A stretch of 64,000 nt of DNA from Laetmonice hystrix (Eukaryota): positions 7,690,001 through 7,754,000 of the forward strand of contig OZ249436.1 of NCBI GenBank assembly GCA_965235115.1. Reading direction: 5' to 3'. Positions 12,171 through 26,022 of this stretch are shown piece after piece (within the stretch, counting starts at the first letter, position 1; each line of letters opens with the position of its first letter). The notes under the pieces were generated by a model. That model saw nothing but the letters and a program-made list of their open reading frames with translations. It made no database searches and was not told the origin of the DNA. A program made the translations under genes and the position numbers.

Positions 12171-13090
12171 AATATTATAACCGTGTCATTACCTCAAGTG
12201 GGAGATTCTCCCGCTTGGTGGCCAAAAGGAGTTGGCACGTCTACTAGAGTGAGTGACATAAATGTGTGCTCCCCTCAAAAGTTGTCATGCCACCCGTGCC
12301 CCTCCAGCCCGGACCTTCTACGCCACTGCGCGGTGAAATGCAAACCCGGCACTATGTATTGTGCGGACAGGTTCAACAGGCGCTTCTTGGACTGGTCTTA
12401 TTAGGCCAAGGGAGTTTCGGGGGAGGCCTGTCTCCAAAATAAAATAGGTGTATAGGCCCATTACGGACATTCCATTAGCTGCGTGCATCATCGAGGTGGC
12501 TGCATGAGTCGCTGCCGAGCCCAGGAGTGGATGCATAGGCCTATATACATGTATATTATTATTCCATGTGCCGTATACCTATAGCGCGGCAACTGATAGG
12601 CCAAGGCCTTGGCCCAGGCCTTGGCCTACTGCATGAGCATAGATCTGAAGGGTGGCCCCCAGTCGTAGACACAAACTCAAGGCAAGCCTGTCCGCTTGTC
12701 TTAACCCTCATTAACTTCAGGGGGCCTATATATAGCCGTATAGAGTTCGTCTTACCTGTAAGATTTCCTCGGGTAGATATGCACCACGATTTCCTGCTCA
12801 ATTTTAAAGGGGGAACAACTCTAGGATCAGCGCAATTTGTAGGGAACCGCATGAATTGGGTCACGCACATGAAACTCGGCCAGGTAATTGACACGGTCAG
12901 CGAGTGTAGAAAATTTACTACACACACGGTCCCAAAGCTGCGGTATCGTATCGCACACAAGCCGGAGAGACTATAGGATTATAGCGAGTTCATTTCAGGA
13001 CAAAGGTTTGAGCAGGGCATTTCCGTATACAAAGTGGCCATATGTAACCTGAAAACTATTTATGTGATAAGACTGCACAGCGCTTTAATA

Positions 13091-13385
13091 CGGAGCCCTG
13101 TTGGGGACATGAAGAAAAAAATTGTTCTGAGATAAAAGACTGTGGTGATCTCGAAATTACCATGCACTTGGTGACGTCATTAACTCGTTATTACGACTTA
13201 ATATGACGTCACTAAGTCGTTATTACGAGTTAATCGCATCCGATTCAGAGAAAAATTTTTGTGGTAATCTCGAAATTACCACTTAGTGACGTCATTAAAT
13301 CGTAATAACGAGTTAATGACGTCACTAAGTGGTAATTTCGAGATCACCAAAAAAAAATTCTCTTCATGTCCCCAACAGGGCTCCG
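13091..13385. mobile_element. MITE with about 25-bp TIRs flanked by TA
   Basis: ta|cggagccctgttggggacatgaaga ... tcttcatgtccccaacagggctccg|ta; internal direct and inverted subrepeats contain TGACGTCA. Confidence 0.85.
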
Positions 13386-14602
13386 TATCCTACTTTAACG
13401 ATGAATTCCATTATTTGGGGAACGGAGCAGGGGCGCGGATTCAGGATTTTGAAAAGGGGGGTGTGGGTCTGAGTGGGGAACTGTGCGATGTGCAAAGTAT
13501 GGGTGCAAGCCATTTTTTTTTCATTGAAAATGTAATGTAATATAATGTAATACGTTATTTCAGACTTATTTTTCCAATACAAAATGTTCCGGGGGGGAGG
13601 TGCATTTAAATTTTGCTAAGTAGGCCTACTGTTTGTTTTTAGGATTATAGGCCATAATAATTGTTTGGACACACACACCTACGCCTGATGCCCGTGCATT
13701 TAAAAAAAAAACCAACACAATTAGCCATGCCAGGATGACCTTGCAGCGGAATGTCCGTAGAAATCATGTGTATAGTTCTTTCTAGAAAAGCATGGATTCC
13801 GTGTCAATTCGGAAGATGTAGATGTAGAGGGGAGGGTCCATTGTCCTGCTCGACCTAAAGCTTACTTTATGGGGAAGTGGCGCGCTGGCCGAGTGGCATT
13901 GGGGCCGGGGTTCAATTCCGCTAGAGGACTACATGTATACAACTTTTCTCTTTCTGGACATTCTCAAAGTAGGCCTAACTGGGTTATGCCTGATGCCCGT
14001 GCATTTAAAGAAAAAAAAATCAAACAACAAAAAATCTGGCAAATGACAGAAGAGGCATTAGCCTCGTCTGATCACATAGGCCTACCGAGGCCTAATTATA
14101 TATGTATACGGCCCTGGGCCTAATCATGGTTAGCAGTAGGGGTAGGCATATAACTAGGGGTCTATAATTATATTGGGGGGGGGGGGGGCTGGGTGTTTTT
14201 GGAAATAGGCCTAAATAATTTCTGGTGGAAAATTTGTGAAATAAATAAATTCTCCCTGGCTAGGCCTATGCCTGAAATAAATAGAGTCTAGGCCTAATGT
14301 GTTATTAGTGTCTGGAAATATTAATGAGTCTCATGTAGAATAAATATTATTTTGCCATGAGGGTTAGAAAAAAATAATTGAGGCAACCCACTCTTTGAAA
14401 AAAACAATATAAATATTCCCAAGAAAAAACCCAGCCCCCCCCCCCTCCTAAATATCTAATGGTCGCCTCCTAACACACGCTGGCACTAAAACGTTTAAAG
14501 CATGCTGGTTTGGAGCTGCCTGCTCCGAAAAGGGGGTTGGTTTATTTGCTTCGCTCCCCTCCCCTCCCCTTTAGTCGAGTAGACGTCCTTACCATTTCTA
14601 TT

Positions 14603-17600
14603 AGGGACCCAGAAATTTTTAGACCCGTAAGAGATTATGATTGATTTGTGTCCACATACTCTCTGTGAAGATTTTCAGCTTTGTTGGCCGAAGTTGGCTG
14701 TTGAGGAATTTTTTTTATAAGCTAATTTGCATAAATTAGCATAATTAATAACAAATCGTCAAAAGCTCAGGTAACTTGAAAACCATTTGGCCTAGAATCA
14801 TATGTAATAGCACTTTTCCATACAATATCAACACGGGGAATCCATTTTTGACATTTGTTTTGTGATTCAAGGTCAAGGTCAAGGTCAAATATCAAGGTCA
14901 AGACCAAAAATGGCAAAAATACTGGGGTTTCCAGGACAGTTGGCCTAAAATCACATTTAATGGAGTGTTTCCTTACAATATAGAGGCAGGCAATCCAACT
15001 GTGGCATACGTCTTGTGATTCGACATTAAAGTCAAGGTCAAATGTCAAGGTCAAGGCCACAAATGGCACAAATAGTCGGTCCGAAGTCCTTCCTTCCTGT
15101 AGTATCAGGGACATTTCAGCAGGAAACAAGCTCAAATTACGGACTACATGACTGGGGGCGGGGTGTGGGTGGGACTACATGACTGGGGGTGTGGGTTAGT
15201 GAGGTGTGGGTGGGGCTACATGACTGGGGGTGGGGGTTAGTGGGGTGTGGGTGGGGCTACATGACTGGGGATGGGGGTTAGTGGGGTGTGGGTGGGACTA
15301 CATGACTGGGGGTGTGGGTTAGTGGGGTGTGGGTGGGACTACATGACTGGGGGTGTGGGTTAGAGGGGTGTGGGTGGGACTACATGACTGGGGGTGGGGG
15401 TTAGAGGGGTGTGGGTGGGACTATATGACTGGGGGTGGGGGTTAGTGGGGTGTGGGTGGGACTACATGACTGGAGGTGTGGGTTAGTGGGGTGTGGGTTG
15501 GACTACATGACTAGGGTGTGGGTTAGTGGGGTGTGGGTGGGACTACATGACTGGGGGTGCGGGTTAGTGGGGTGTGGGTGGGACTACATGACTGAGGGTG
15601 TGGGTTAGTGGGGTGTGGGTGGGACTACATGACTGGGGGTGGGGGTTAGTGGGGTATGGGTGGGACTACATGACTGGTGGCGGGGGTTAGTGGGGTGTGG
15701 GTGGGACTACATGACTGGGGGCGGGGGTTAGTGGGGTGTGGGTGGGACTACATGACTGGGGGGTGGGGGTTAGTGGGATGTGGGTGGGACTACATGACTG
15801 GGGGTAGGGGTTAGTGGGGTGTGGGTGGGACTACATGACTGGGGGTGTGGGATGTGGGTGGGGCTACATGACTGGGGGTGTGGGTTAGTGGGATGTGGGT
15901 GGGGCTACATGTCTGGGGGTTTGGGTTAGTGGGGTGTGGGTGGGGCTACATGACTGGGGGTGGGAGTTAGTGGGGTGTGGGCGGGACTACATGACTGAGG
16001 GTGGGGGTTAGTGGGGTGTGGGTGGGACTACATGACTGGGGGTGGGGGTTAGTGGGATGTGGGTGGGACTACATGACTGGGGTGGGGGTTAGTGGGGTGT
16101 GGGTGGGGCTACATGACTGGGGGTGGGGTGTGGGTGGGACTACATGACAGGGGGTGTGGTGTGGGTGGGACTACATGACTGTGGGCGGGGGTTAGTGGGG
16201 TGTGGGTGGGACTACATGACTGGGGGTGTGGTGTGGGTGGGACTACATGACTGGGGGCGGGGGTTAGTGGGGTGTGGGTGGGACTACATGACTGGGGGTA
16301 GTGGTTAGTGGGGTGTGGGTGGGACTACATGACTGGGGGTAGGGGTTAGTGGGGTGTGGGTGGGACTACATGACTGGGGGTGGGGGTTAGTGGGGTGTGG
16401 GTGGGACTATATGACTGGGGGTGGGGGTTAGTGGGGTTGTGCTGCAAGGTGTGGGTGTGGGGTGTGGATGGGTGTTCTGCAGGGTGTGGGGTGTGGGGTG
16501 TGGGTGGGACTACATGACTGGGAGTGGGGGTTAGTGGGGTGTGGGTGGGACTACATGACTGGGGGTGGGGGTTAGTGGGGTGTGGGTGGGACTACATGAC
16601 TGGGGTGGGGGTTAGTGGGGTGGGGGTGGGACTACATGACTGGGGTGGGGGTTAGTGGGGTGTGGGTGGGACTACATGACTGGTGGTAGGGGTTAGTGGG
16701 ATGTGGGTGGGACTACATGACTGGGGGTGGGGGTTAGTGGGGTGTGGGTGGGACTATATGACTATATGGGTGTGGGTGGGTGTCCTGCTGGGTGTGGTGT
16801 GTGGTGTGTGGGTGGGTGTCCTGCAGGGTGTGGGGTGTGGGTGTGGGGCGTGGGTGGGTGTCCCGCAGGGTGTGGGGTGGGGTGGGGATGGGGGTCCTGC
16901 AAGGTGTGGGTGTGGGGTTTGGGTGTGGGGTGTGGGTGGGTGTCCTGCAGGGTGTGGGGTGTGGTGTGGGGTGTGGTGTGGGGGTGGGTGTCCTGCAGGG
17001 TGTGGGGTGTGGGTGTGGGGCGTGGGTGGGTGTCCCGCAGGGTGTGGGGTGGGGTGGGGATGGGGGTCCTGCAAGGTGTGGGGTGTGGGGTGTGGGTGGG
17101 TGTCCTGCAGGGTGTGAAGTGTGGGTGGGGGTAGGCCTATGGGTGGGTGTCCTGCAAGGTGTAGGGTGTTAACGTGGTGATTAACGTGGTGATTTTACGT
17201 GATTATTATGAGGATTAATGTGATGCTTAACGAGTAACGTGAGGATTATTGTGAGGATGGCGATGAAGATGGTGATGTCAAATGTACTGATATTTCATGA
17301 TATCCATTAAATGTGATTTTAGGCCAACTGTCCTGGAAACCCCAGTTTTTTTGCCATTTTTGGTCTTGACCTTAATATTTGACCTTGACCTTGACCTTGA
17401 ATCACAAAACAAATGTCAAAAATGGATTCCCCGTGTTGATATTGTATGGAAAAGTGCTATTACATATGATTCTAGGCCAAATGGTTTTCAAGTTACCTGA
17501 GCTTATGACGATTTGTTATTAATTATGCTAATTTATGCAAATTAGCTTATAAAAAGAATTCCTCAACAGCCAACTTCGGCCAACAAAGCTGAAAATCTTC

Positions 17601-17664
17601 ACAGAGCCTATGTGGACACAAATCAATCATAATCTCTTGCGGGTCTAAAAATTTCCAGGTTACC
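14603..17664. mobile_element. Foldback-type non-autonomous element with about 350-bp inverted arms enclosing a G-rich satellite
   Basis: 14613-14964 is a near-identical reverse complement of 17303-17654; the arms contain TCAAGG/TCAAGGTCA multimers. No transposase ORF; outer ends are approximate. Confidence 0.85.
15141..17170. repeat. G-rich 41-bp satellite (about 39 copies, to about 16765) followed by degenerate GGGTGT/cctgcag repeats
   Basis: Unit gggactacatgactgggggtgggggttagtggggtgtgggt; extreme G/C strand skew. Confidence 0.95.
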
Positions 17665-17831
17665 TGGGTTGGCTACCCGACTACTTGCCTATCTGACATC
17701 AGCCTGGCCCAGGTAGCGCACAGCGCGGTGAACACCTGTTGAGAGCCCGCGTTATTTTTACTGTTAGAAGCGCCATCTGTTGAAGGTAAGGTGCCCCCCC
17801 CCCCCCTGGCGACCAACATTGGAACTACGTG

Positions 17832-17843
17832 GTTGCTAGAGAC
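17832..17843. promoter_or_regulatory. Candidate RFX X-box just upstream of the EVG1 start codon
   Basis: gttgctagagac (reverse complement GTCTCT-AGCAAC) fits the degenerate X-box GTHNYY-N0-2-RRNAAC, 10 nt before the ATG at 17854. Confidence 0.35.
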
Positions 17844-17853
17844 TAGCGTCAAA

Positions 17854-20379
17854 ATGGCGGACAGGCCGAGGCAGCCCGTCGCCCAGGGCGGTATGTGGAG
17901 CACTACCAAGGCTACATACAGCAAAGAAACTCAAAATTTACTGAAAGGTAAGATGTCAGTATAGGATAGGAGATTAGATAAGTTGTAGATATGTCATATC
18001 AGTTTCAGAGCCGCCGTAGTCATGGCGCACGGCCTCGGCCGAGATGGTCCTCGCCTTGCCCCCCTTGCAGGCTTGCTGCTTGCACTGACTGGCCGGCGGC
18101 ATCGGGGCCGCCCATCCATGGCGCATGCCCTGCCAGTGGCAGTGAGGCCTATATCTGGATCATTCTGACGGCAGGCGAGCATTGCTATTAGATTCAGTGG
18201 CTGATCCAGAATTTACCAAAGGGGTGGCGCATCAGTGGCAGTGCCGTCAGAAGCCCCCCCCCCCCCCCCCCAAAAAAAAAGTGTGGGGGGGGGGGGCAAT
18301 GCTAATGCCATGGAAATTATATTAGCAGGCCTAGCCCTAGCCTAGGCTAGGGCCTAGGCCTACTGAGTACTGTACTGTACTGTAGACAGTGTAGTCTGTA
18401 TGGTGAACGAGCTGTGCCGTGGCATGCATGCGGAAATTTTAAAAATGTTGTCACGTTTAATTTTGAAAGCCATTTGAAAACACTATTTGCTGACATCTGG
18501 AGATAAATATTCTGACGTGTAAGGGGGGACATGCCCCCCCCCCCCAAATTAATTCCATCACTGACGGCTAAGTGTTTAACTGTTAACTCCAGCAGCAGTT
18601 AAACTAGGCCTAGGCCAGGGCTAGGCCTAGCCTAGCCTAAATCATTCATAGTAAATTATCCTTTCACATAGGGCTATTTCAATGATAAACCCAATGTCTT
18701 ATTTTTTATTGCAGAAATGATGAAAGAATCAAGGTTAACAAACTTTCAGCAGAGAGAATTGAACAAAACTATGGCAGGTAGGATGTAAATTGTTTTTCAG
18801 TTGGCAGAAGCCTGTTCCATTTTGCCCTGTGTCAGAGAAGTTTAAAGTCTACGTAGTTCCATGTCACAAAGTTCAAACTGGACGTTTAACTAGTTTAAAA
18901 TCAAAAGACATAAAAGTCGACACAGTAATTTTTTTGGTGATATTAAGTGCAGTGCTTACCATTATTTTAGTTTTACATAATAAAATATCTTCTGCACTTT
19001 CAATTAGGTGGCGGATCATTGCCAACAGATGTAAACCCAACATCAAGTGCACGCCCTCGTCCACCACCTTCTTCTAAAAGTAAAGCACAAGGCAAAGTCC
19101 TGAATCCTAAGTATGTACGTTACTTGGAAAATATTTCATGTACAAACCATGTAACAATTAATACTAATACGCAGTCCATAATTCTATCATATGATCTGTA
19201 TAATAGACTCACAATTGCCTAATTAAATGTTTTTCTAAAAAGAAAATTACTGAACACTGTATTATTACTAGTATTACCGGTAAGTCATTCTCAACATTGC
19301 ATGTATCTTAAAATTTGCATATCATTTTATGGTCTTCAGGAACACCCCGTCACACATCAGGACAAAAGATACAATTGAGTCTAGTGGTGCATATGAGAGG
19401 CCACAGTTTGTACCAGCAGGTCCAAGTAAGTGCTCAGTTTCATTTTCATTTTTATTTTATTGAAAGTGAAACACTTTATACCCACCGTTAAGCTTAAGTT
19501 ATGGTGAATTCAAAGTATTAGTGACACTCAAAGTTCTTTAGTTACCAGTATCCAGTTGATGCATTACTAGCTTGCATAGGTCCTGGAAGTATACGCTCCA
19601 GCATGAAGGACGGCAAAGTTTCAAGTGTTCAGGTAAATGTCATTTTGAAACTGGAAAATATTATTTTCTTCATGACAATTCCAGGTTACTATGAAGCAGA
19701 CAAGGAAAAGTTTGTAAACATCATGACATATGGAGAAGATGTACCACCACCAGATTGGCACAAATTGATTGAGAGGGTTGACCCAGAACCCGTGCCTGAG
19801 AAGGATCGATTTGAAGAGTGTATGTATTTACTTTAAGGGTTTATGATCACAGAATACAATGGTAATGTGGTAGTAAATTTGCATTTGTATTATTGTTAGA
19901 CTACACAAATACAAAAATGTATGGACATATGAAAAGTAGGCATCCAACTTTCCTTCTTTCTTTTATCCCAATGTATTTTAATTATGTATTTTTTTAAACA
20001 ATACAGTGCAAGATGAGGTGAATGAAAGGAGACGTTTTCTTGATGAAATGTACAGCCTCGGGCAGGGGAAGAAATACCAGACTATCATCAACACAGAAAT
20101 ATCTCAGGTAAGAACTTAAAGAAGACAAGTTTCACTTTAAATAGACATAAAATGGGTCCGGTACAACTACAAAAATGTATTACATAGGAGAATTTGTGCA
20201 TGCATCATGGTTTTTTACCTGTTAGAGATTAAAACTAAAGAGATTTTTATGGTTGGGTTTTTCAGAAAGTGCGAGAGATGGAGTTGATTGACAAAAAACG
20301 AACTGCAGAATTGGAGAAACTAATTGCAGCCGACAACAGGAAACGACAGGGAGATGGAATCCCTACAAGTGTTTCTTAA
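17854..20379 (+). CDS. EVG1: UPF0193 protein EVG1 homolog (C22orf23-like), 7 exons, 231 aa
   Basis: Exons 17854-17947, 18715-18777, 19008-19110, 19340-19425, 19685-19819, 20007-20107, 20266-20379 (696 nt, all GT-AG, phases compatible). Peptide has [81 protein letters not shown], which is typical of UPF0193. Not in the ORF track as a whole because the exons are short. Confidence 0.92.
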
Positions 20380-22854
20380 ATTCAAACAGATGTCTATTTC
20401 GGCTATGTTATAAGCAATTAACACATTCGTAAGTGGTATGCATTGTGTAGGCCCAAATCATGTAGTGTGATGGATACATGCTTTCAAGACAGGCTTGTGG
20501 TGCATCACGTACAATTGGTTCATCTTTTCTAAGTGTTGACTGATAAGTTCAACTTAGGCATTTTAATGTTCATGTCTTAAAGAACGCTTTCTTTCATATC
20601 ATCATAGGAAATGCAGAGCAGATTCGTACCCGTGTATTAATCCTAGAGGGCACATTTGTGTTGAAAGTTTACCAGGGGTACGGTTTAGTCACCTTTAGTA
20701 CCGGAGTCTTTCTACCCTCTGATAATATCAAATAAAGAGGTAAATGGAGCAAGCATCTTCTTCCCTTAAAAAAAGGTGATACAGTGCACATTTGCATGAA
20801 CTGCGTAGTGTTGGAATGGAAAATTATTAGCTCTGAACACTGCCAAAGATCACCAAGATTTCAGAATAAGCTTATCTTTAATAGCTCCTTGAATAATTAT
20901 TTAAATATTATACCTGTATCAAATTATTCTAAGGCTTTTATTCCCAAGCTGTACAAATCCCTCTTGATATCAAAGCAAGGTGTTTACATAGCTCTCCTGT
21001 TAATGACGTTTCCTGTAAATTACATGTGGTGTGATCTAGTTGCAAAAGTCAAGAACGTCATATTTCATGGCATCTCCAGTGCTAAACGTGGCAATCCTTT
21101 CATACTCACTCTGCATTGGGGAGAGACATTGGCTCCTCCAGTACATGCTGACATTTTAGGACTAGCATTAACCCTTACACCGTCCAGCTGCTGGTTAATA
21201 ACAGTTGTCCAGAGTTTCAGCTTCTACAAATTTTCTGCATGGTCCAATTATTTATGCAGTTCCAACGAGGTGAACTAGGTACCGAGATAATCTGGTTCAT
21301 AGAAGAAATAAATGTAATTATAAAAGAGAAAAACCGACTTGTCTTGCTGCTTCCATCGCTCCTGAGTGAAAAATAACTCTACTGAGGATAGGAATCTGGC
21401 ATACACAGTAAATAGAAATACGATCTTCCATGGACAGCTTAGCTGGACTGACACATTGTGTGACTTGACATACCCAAAATATTTACAAAGAACAATGGCA
21501 GTGGAATGATTACAAGCATTTATTCAGCATGTTGTAGATGTGACGTACATACCCCGGGTACGAGGTAAACCATGGGATAGAGTAAACTATATACAAATGC
21601 CACATGTGACCATTTTCTGGTTGCAACGATTATCTTAAAAAGGGATCGACTCGTGTGTCAAACATAAATAGAAATTTCATAAATTAATAGTTTGTCTAAT
21701 TCAAATTAAAATGTGAAAAATATTCACAAGGAATGTGATCACATCTGCAGTCATTGCATGGAATGATTTCATATCGTTCTTACATGCCTGCCTTGCACCC
21801 TCGAAACCTATGAGGCACGCAACACTTAAAAACACCTCAGGTGCAAATAGCTGCTACCTGATGTAGGCAATGGTGTGTGACCTTGGTGGTAGGAGACACT
21901 TACCGCGTCATGTCAATCTTTAAGATAAGGGGTTCCTTTACAGACACTTCAGGTGAATAGGAAAATGGAACTGGAACATAATACAATGTATTGGAGAAAA
22001 ATTCAAGTAGTATAGTTGATCTAGAGATCTACTGTCATAACTACCGCCTAGGAATACTGGCACACCTTTTGAAAGGTGGTTTACAGTCACAACTACATTT
22101 TGTACTTGATGGGCAGAAACTGGGTTGTTACAATATGTCAAGTACCTGTAATACCGGACTCTCCTGATTACCTTTGACAAAGTTTGTAAAATCTTGAATA
22201 TCTTAAAAGCAACAGAGTGCTACAGGTGTAGGAATGCTATAGGTGGATGTTCCAGGGGACACGCTCTGACCGTAGTTTGTTACTGCCTACGTGTGGTCTA
22301 TAGAACACGTGTGCGGTGTCAAACTGCTGCACACCTGCTATCAGCAACTGTCATATAACATTACAAACCTTTCAAACACGCCTTGGCCCGTGATATTTTT
22401 CTTATTTTGTAAAATGGGCTCATAAGCCTTGACATATCTTGACATATCTTACGGAATTAATTCATTAATTATTAATCTCAATCTTGGGACTATGGGTTAC
22501 TGATACAACATGGTACTAATCAAAGGTATACATGTCGTATAAGACTTGCATAAATCTAGTGAAAAAGTGCATCATCCCTCAGTAAACTAGCACACAAAAA
22601 CTGGTAAAGTGACTAGGGATGTTTGTTGTGGGAATTTAAATTGGATTACCGGTATTGTACGAAACGAACTATATCATTCTACGAAATACTGAGGTTCCGT
22701 TTAAATGTTTCAAACCCTTAAGTCTTATCAAGACGCTACCGTATACTTTGTAGCTAAGTGCCTAGGCTAAGGTGTAAATGTGATTGGTCATTTTTGCTAT
22801 AATAAGTAAGTCTTAGTTTGGTTAGGAAACATTTCTGGCCTTCGAAACAAGTTT

Positions 22855-23266
22855 CATACTAGCATTATAGTGGGATCACACCTTTCAGTGACAATCCACC
22901 ACTGAGAGAAATGTCATACTAGTATTATAGTGGGATCACACCTTTCAGTGACAATCCAACACTGAGAGAAATGTCATACTAGTATTATAGTGGGATCACA
23001 CCTTTCAGTGACAATCCACCATTGAGAGAAATGTCATACTAGTATTATAGTGGGATCACACCTTTCAGTGACAATCCACCACTGAGAGAAATGTCATACT
23101 AGTATTATAGTGGGATCACACCTTTCAGTGACAATCCAACACTGAGAGAAATGTCATACTAGCATTATAGTGGGATCACACCTTTCAGTGACAATCCACC
23201 ATTGAGAGAAATGTCATACTAGTATTATAGTGGGATCACACCTTTCAGTGACAATCCACCACTGAG
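22855..23266. repeat. 60-bp minisatellite, about 7 copies
   Basis: Unit tcatactagtattatagtgggatcacacctttcagtgacaatccaccactgagagaaatg, visible as line-to-line identity. Confidence 0.95.
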
Positions 23267-25041
23267 GGAATAGAAAACATTTTGGCTATTACTGGGCAGC
23301 GTTCACACAATAGTAAGAAAGCCACACTTTCCTTGAAATGATTGAAGGGGCCAGTCCATGAGCTGCGTTCACACTGACATTGACATAAGAATCTGAATGG
23401 TCTGCGACTACAGCGATATCTACCGTTACTGGCAAGACCTTGAAGACGACTTGTCGACACGATTACATTTGTTCATTTTGTGCAGCGGTTTCCATGTGCC
23501 ATGTGAAGGCAGTGGGCGCCATGGAGAAACCTTTAAGACGAGCACCCAGGTTCCGGACTCGTATATATCTCCGGCTATTTTGCACAAAATCAAGTGAACT
23601 TTTTCGTCGTCTACTCAGTTGCGTTAGGCTTATCGTTTATGTGTATACAAAACACAAGCATAAAATGCACAATAGCAAGGACGGTACAATTGGAAGTACA
23701 GTGAGTAGCATGATTCAATTGCCTTTTTAAATGCACATAAGCTTGAAATCCTCTGCCTAACCTGCAAATGGCATATCGGATCGTTAAGCCAGACTGTAAC
23801 TCCAAAACCTGGATACTGTCACCATGTCTGCCAACTGGTAGATGACGATCCTCTAATTGGAGGGAGCATGTATGGGGGCGATCTCTACCCGCAGGTTGTT
23901 GTACCCATACTAAATCCAAGGTACAGATTAATGCGACACGTGTAGCTAGCAATATCCCGGGAAGTAGGTATTGCTCATAGCCAGTAATGGCCCTTGATAA
24001 AATAACTATGGCTACCAATTATTACGTACTCAAGTGATTTTCGAATTGCTTTGCGTTTTTTAAGGGACGATTCCAACCCATTCAACTTCAACATAACCCA
24101 GAAACCATACCTACAATAGATGTTGTATAGAATAGAAACCTGCCACACATTATGCACAGTCCATATTTCCATGCATGTACATTACATTTATTGTTGGCAT
24201 TAAAAAAATCAGATGATTCTGTCAATACGAATCATTACGAATCCATTTGCTATTTTCAAACATCAGGGATACAGTTTACATAACTGATTAGTACATCATT
24301 ATTATAATGAAGATTTTACATGCACTAAGCATGAATAAAATGTTCACAAGTCTTACTTGGTTCCAGCGAAGGTGTCATTTACAACCGGACTCCCATAACT
24401 TTGACTCACCTTTTCAGAATGAACCTACAATTGACAACGACTGGTAATATGAGTTGATCAGCACCATTTACGTCAGATTATTTGTTTGGTAACACTGCCA
24501 GCAGTAATAGGGTCCTTCCCCTAACTATTGGTCGGAGTTGTGGACATTTCAGATTGAACTAACCCGTATTGAAGCAGGGCAATGTAAATCATTTTGTAAT
24601 CTCATCTTTCTTTTCAACCTCCTTATTACTCACTACTATCTCTCCTCAAAAACTAAACTGAAGGTCTTCCTTTCATTTTTTAATATGTGTTTTGTATAAA
24701 TAACGGGCACTATTACAATGTTACAGTTTTTAAGATTAAATACTTTATACAAAAGCTTGAAAAGCATGTAGTTTTGAAAAACCACTGAGGCAACTCGAGT
24801 AAGGTAATATAGCGTTGTGAACGACTTGCTGTGGAACTTCAATTTCAATGTACAACATGTTATACTTCAGTTAACACATTTCCAACAAGCCATTCTTCCG
24901 TCTGATTCATTTCCAACTAGAATAAGAACAAACCATGATGCACACTTTATCACAAACATCACAAGGTTTGGGCAACATTAATCCTCCAACAATATTGCTT
25001 ACTGCACACATCATCTGTGCCATGAGGGATGACACCCTCAG

Positions 25042-25375
25042 AAGTTATACCATTCTCAGCTGGACGAGCTTCTCCATAGTCATTGAAGTAAAATAGAACT
25101 GTTAATTCAAAGTGCCTCTATCGTCAGAGTGCAGGTAGCACAGACTTTTAAAAGTTATACCATTCTCAGCTGGACGAGCTTCTCCAAAGTCATTGAAGTA
25201 AAATAGAACAACTGTTAATTCAAAGTGCCTCTATCGTCAGAGTGCAGGTAGCACAGACTTTTAAAAGTTATACCATTCTCAGCTGGACGAGCTTCTCCAT
25301 AGTCATTGAAGTAAAATAGAACAACTGTTAATTCAAAGTGCCTCTATCGTCAGAGTGCAGGTAGCACAGACTTTC
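25042..25375. repeat. About 111-114 bp tandem triplication
   Basis: aagttataccattctcagctggacgagc...gcaggtagcacagactttt repeated three times. Confidence 0.9.
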
Positions 25376-25807
25376 AATTTCCATTCACTACGAAGCATTA
25401 TAGAGCTTCCTGGTGATAGTTGGACACATTGTTAAATGACAACATCCACTCATGTTTGCAAACAAATATGTATCAATATATTATATTGATACTCCACCAA
25501 TCAATTTCTGTTCATTGACTGCACGTAGAGACGATGAAGAAGCCGTTGTCCATTACTAATTGCTGTAAATGACGTTACTGTATAAAATAAAATAAAAAAG
25601 AAATGGCAATACTGTATGTTTTAACAAAATAATTTTTGGCCAAATATGGGATTCGTTTAGAAATTTAGAGTCATGCATGAGTAAAAAGAAATGTTTGATT
25701 TTTACCCCATGAATGTGTAGCCAGTTTTAGAATCATTATGTACTTGATGACACACGTACACAGAATATCTCGAGAACAATCTGTGCTCATAATTCCTGCA
25801 AACATAT

Positions 25808-26022
25808 TCTCAAAGTTTCCCTTGGATTTAAGTTTCCTTGACTTTGACACAACTCTTGATTTCTCAGAGTTTCCCTTGGATTCAAGTTTCCTTGACTTTG
25901 ACACAACTCTTGATTTCTCAAAGTTTCCCGTGGATTCAAGTTTCCTTGACTTTGACACAACTCTTGATTTCTCAAAGATTCCCTTGGATTCAAGTTTCCT
26001 TGACTTTGACACAACTCTTGAT
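25808..26022. repeat. 54-bp tandem repeat, 4 copies, spanning the MICAL-like stop codon
   Basis: Unit ttctcaaagtttcccttggattcaagtttccttgactttgacacaactcttgat; the rightmost copy encodes [10 protein letters not shown] with TGA at 25992-25990. Confidence 0.92.

Noticed and set aside
12559..12976. Overlapping 133 and 136 aa ORFs
   Set aside because: No recognisable domain or splice-compatible structure; they lie between MITE copies.
15141..16765. Interstitial telomere
   Set aside because: Only one GGGTTAG per 41-bp unit; no (TTAGGG)n tract.
16123..17172. Gly/Val/Trp/Cys-rich and His/Pro-rich ORFs
   Set aside because: Products of the G-rich satellite.
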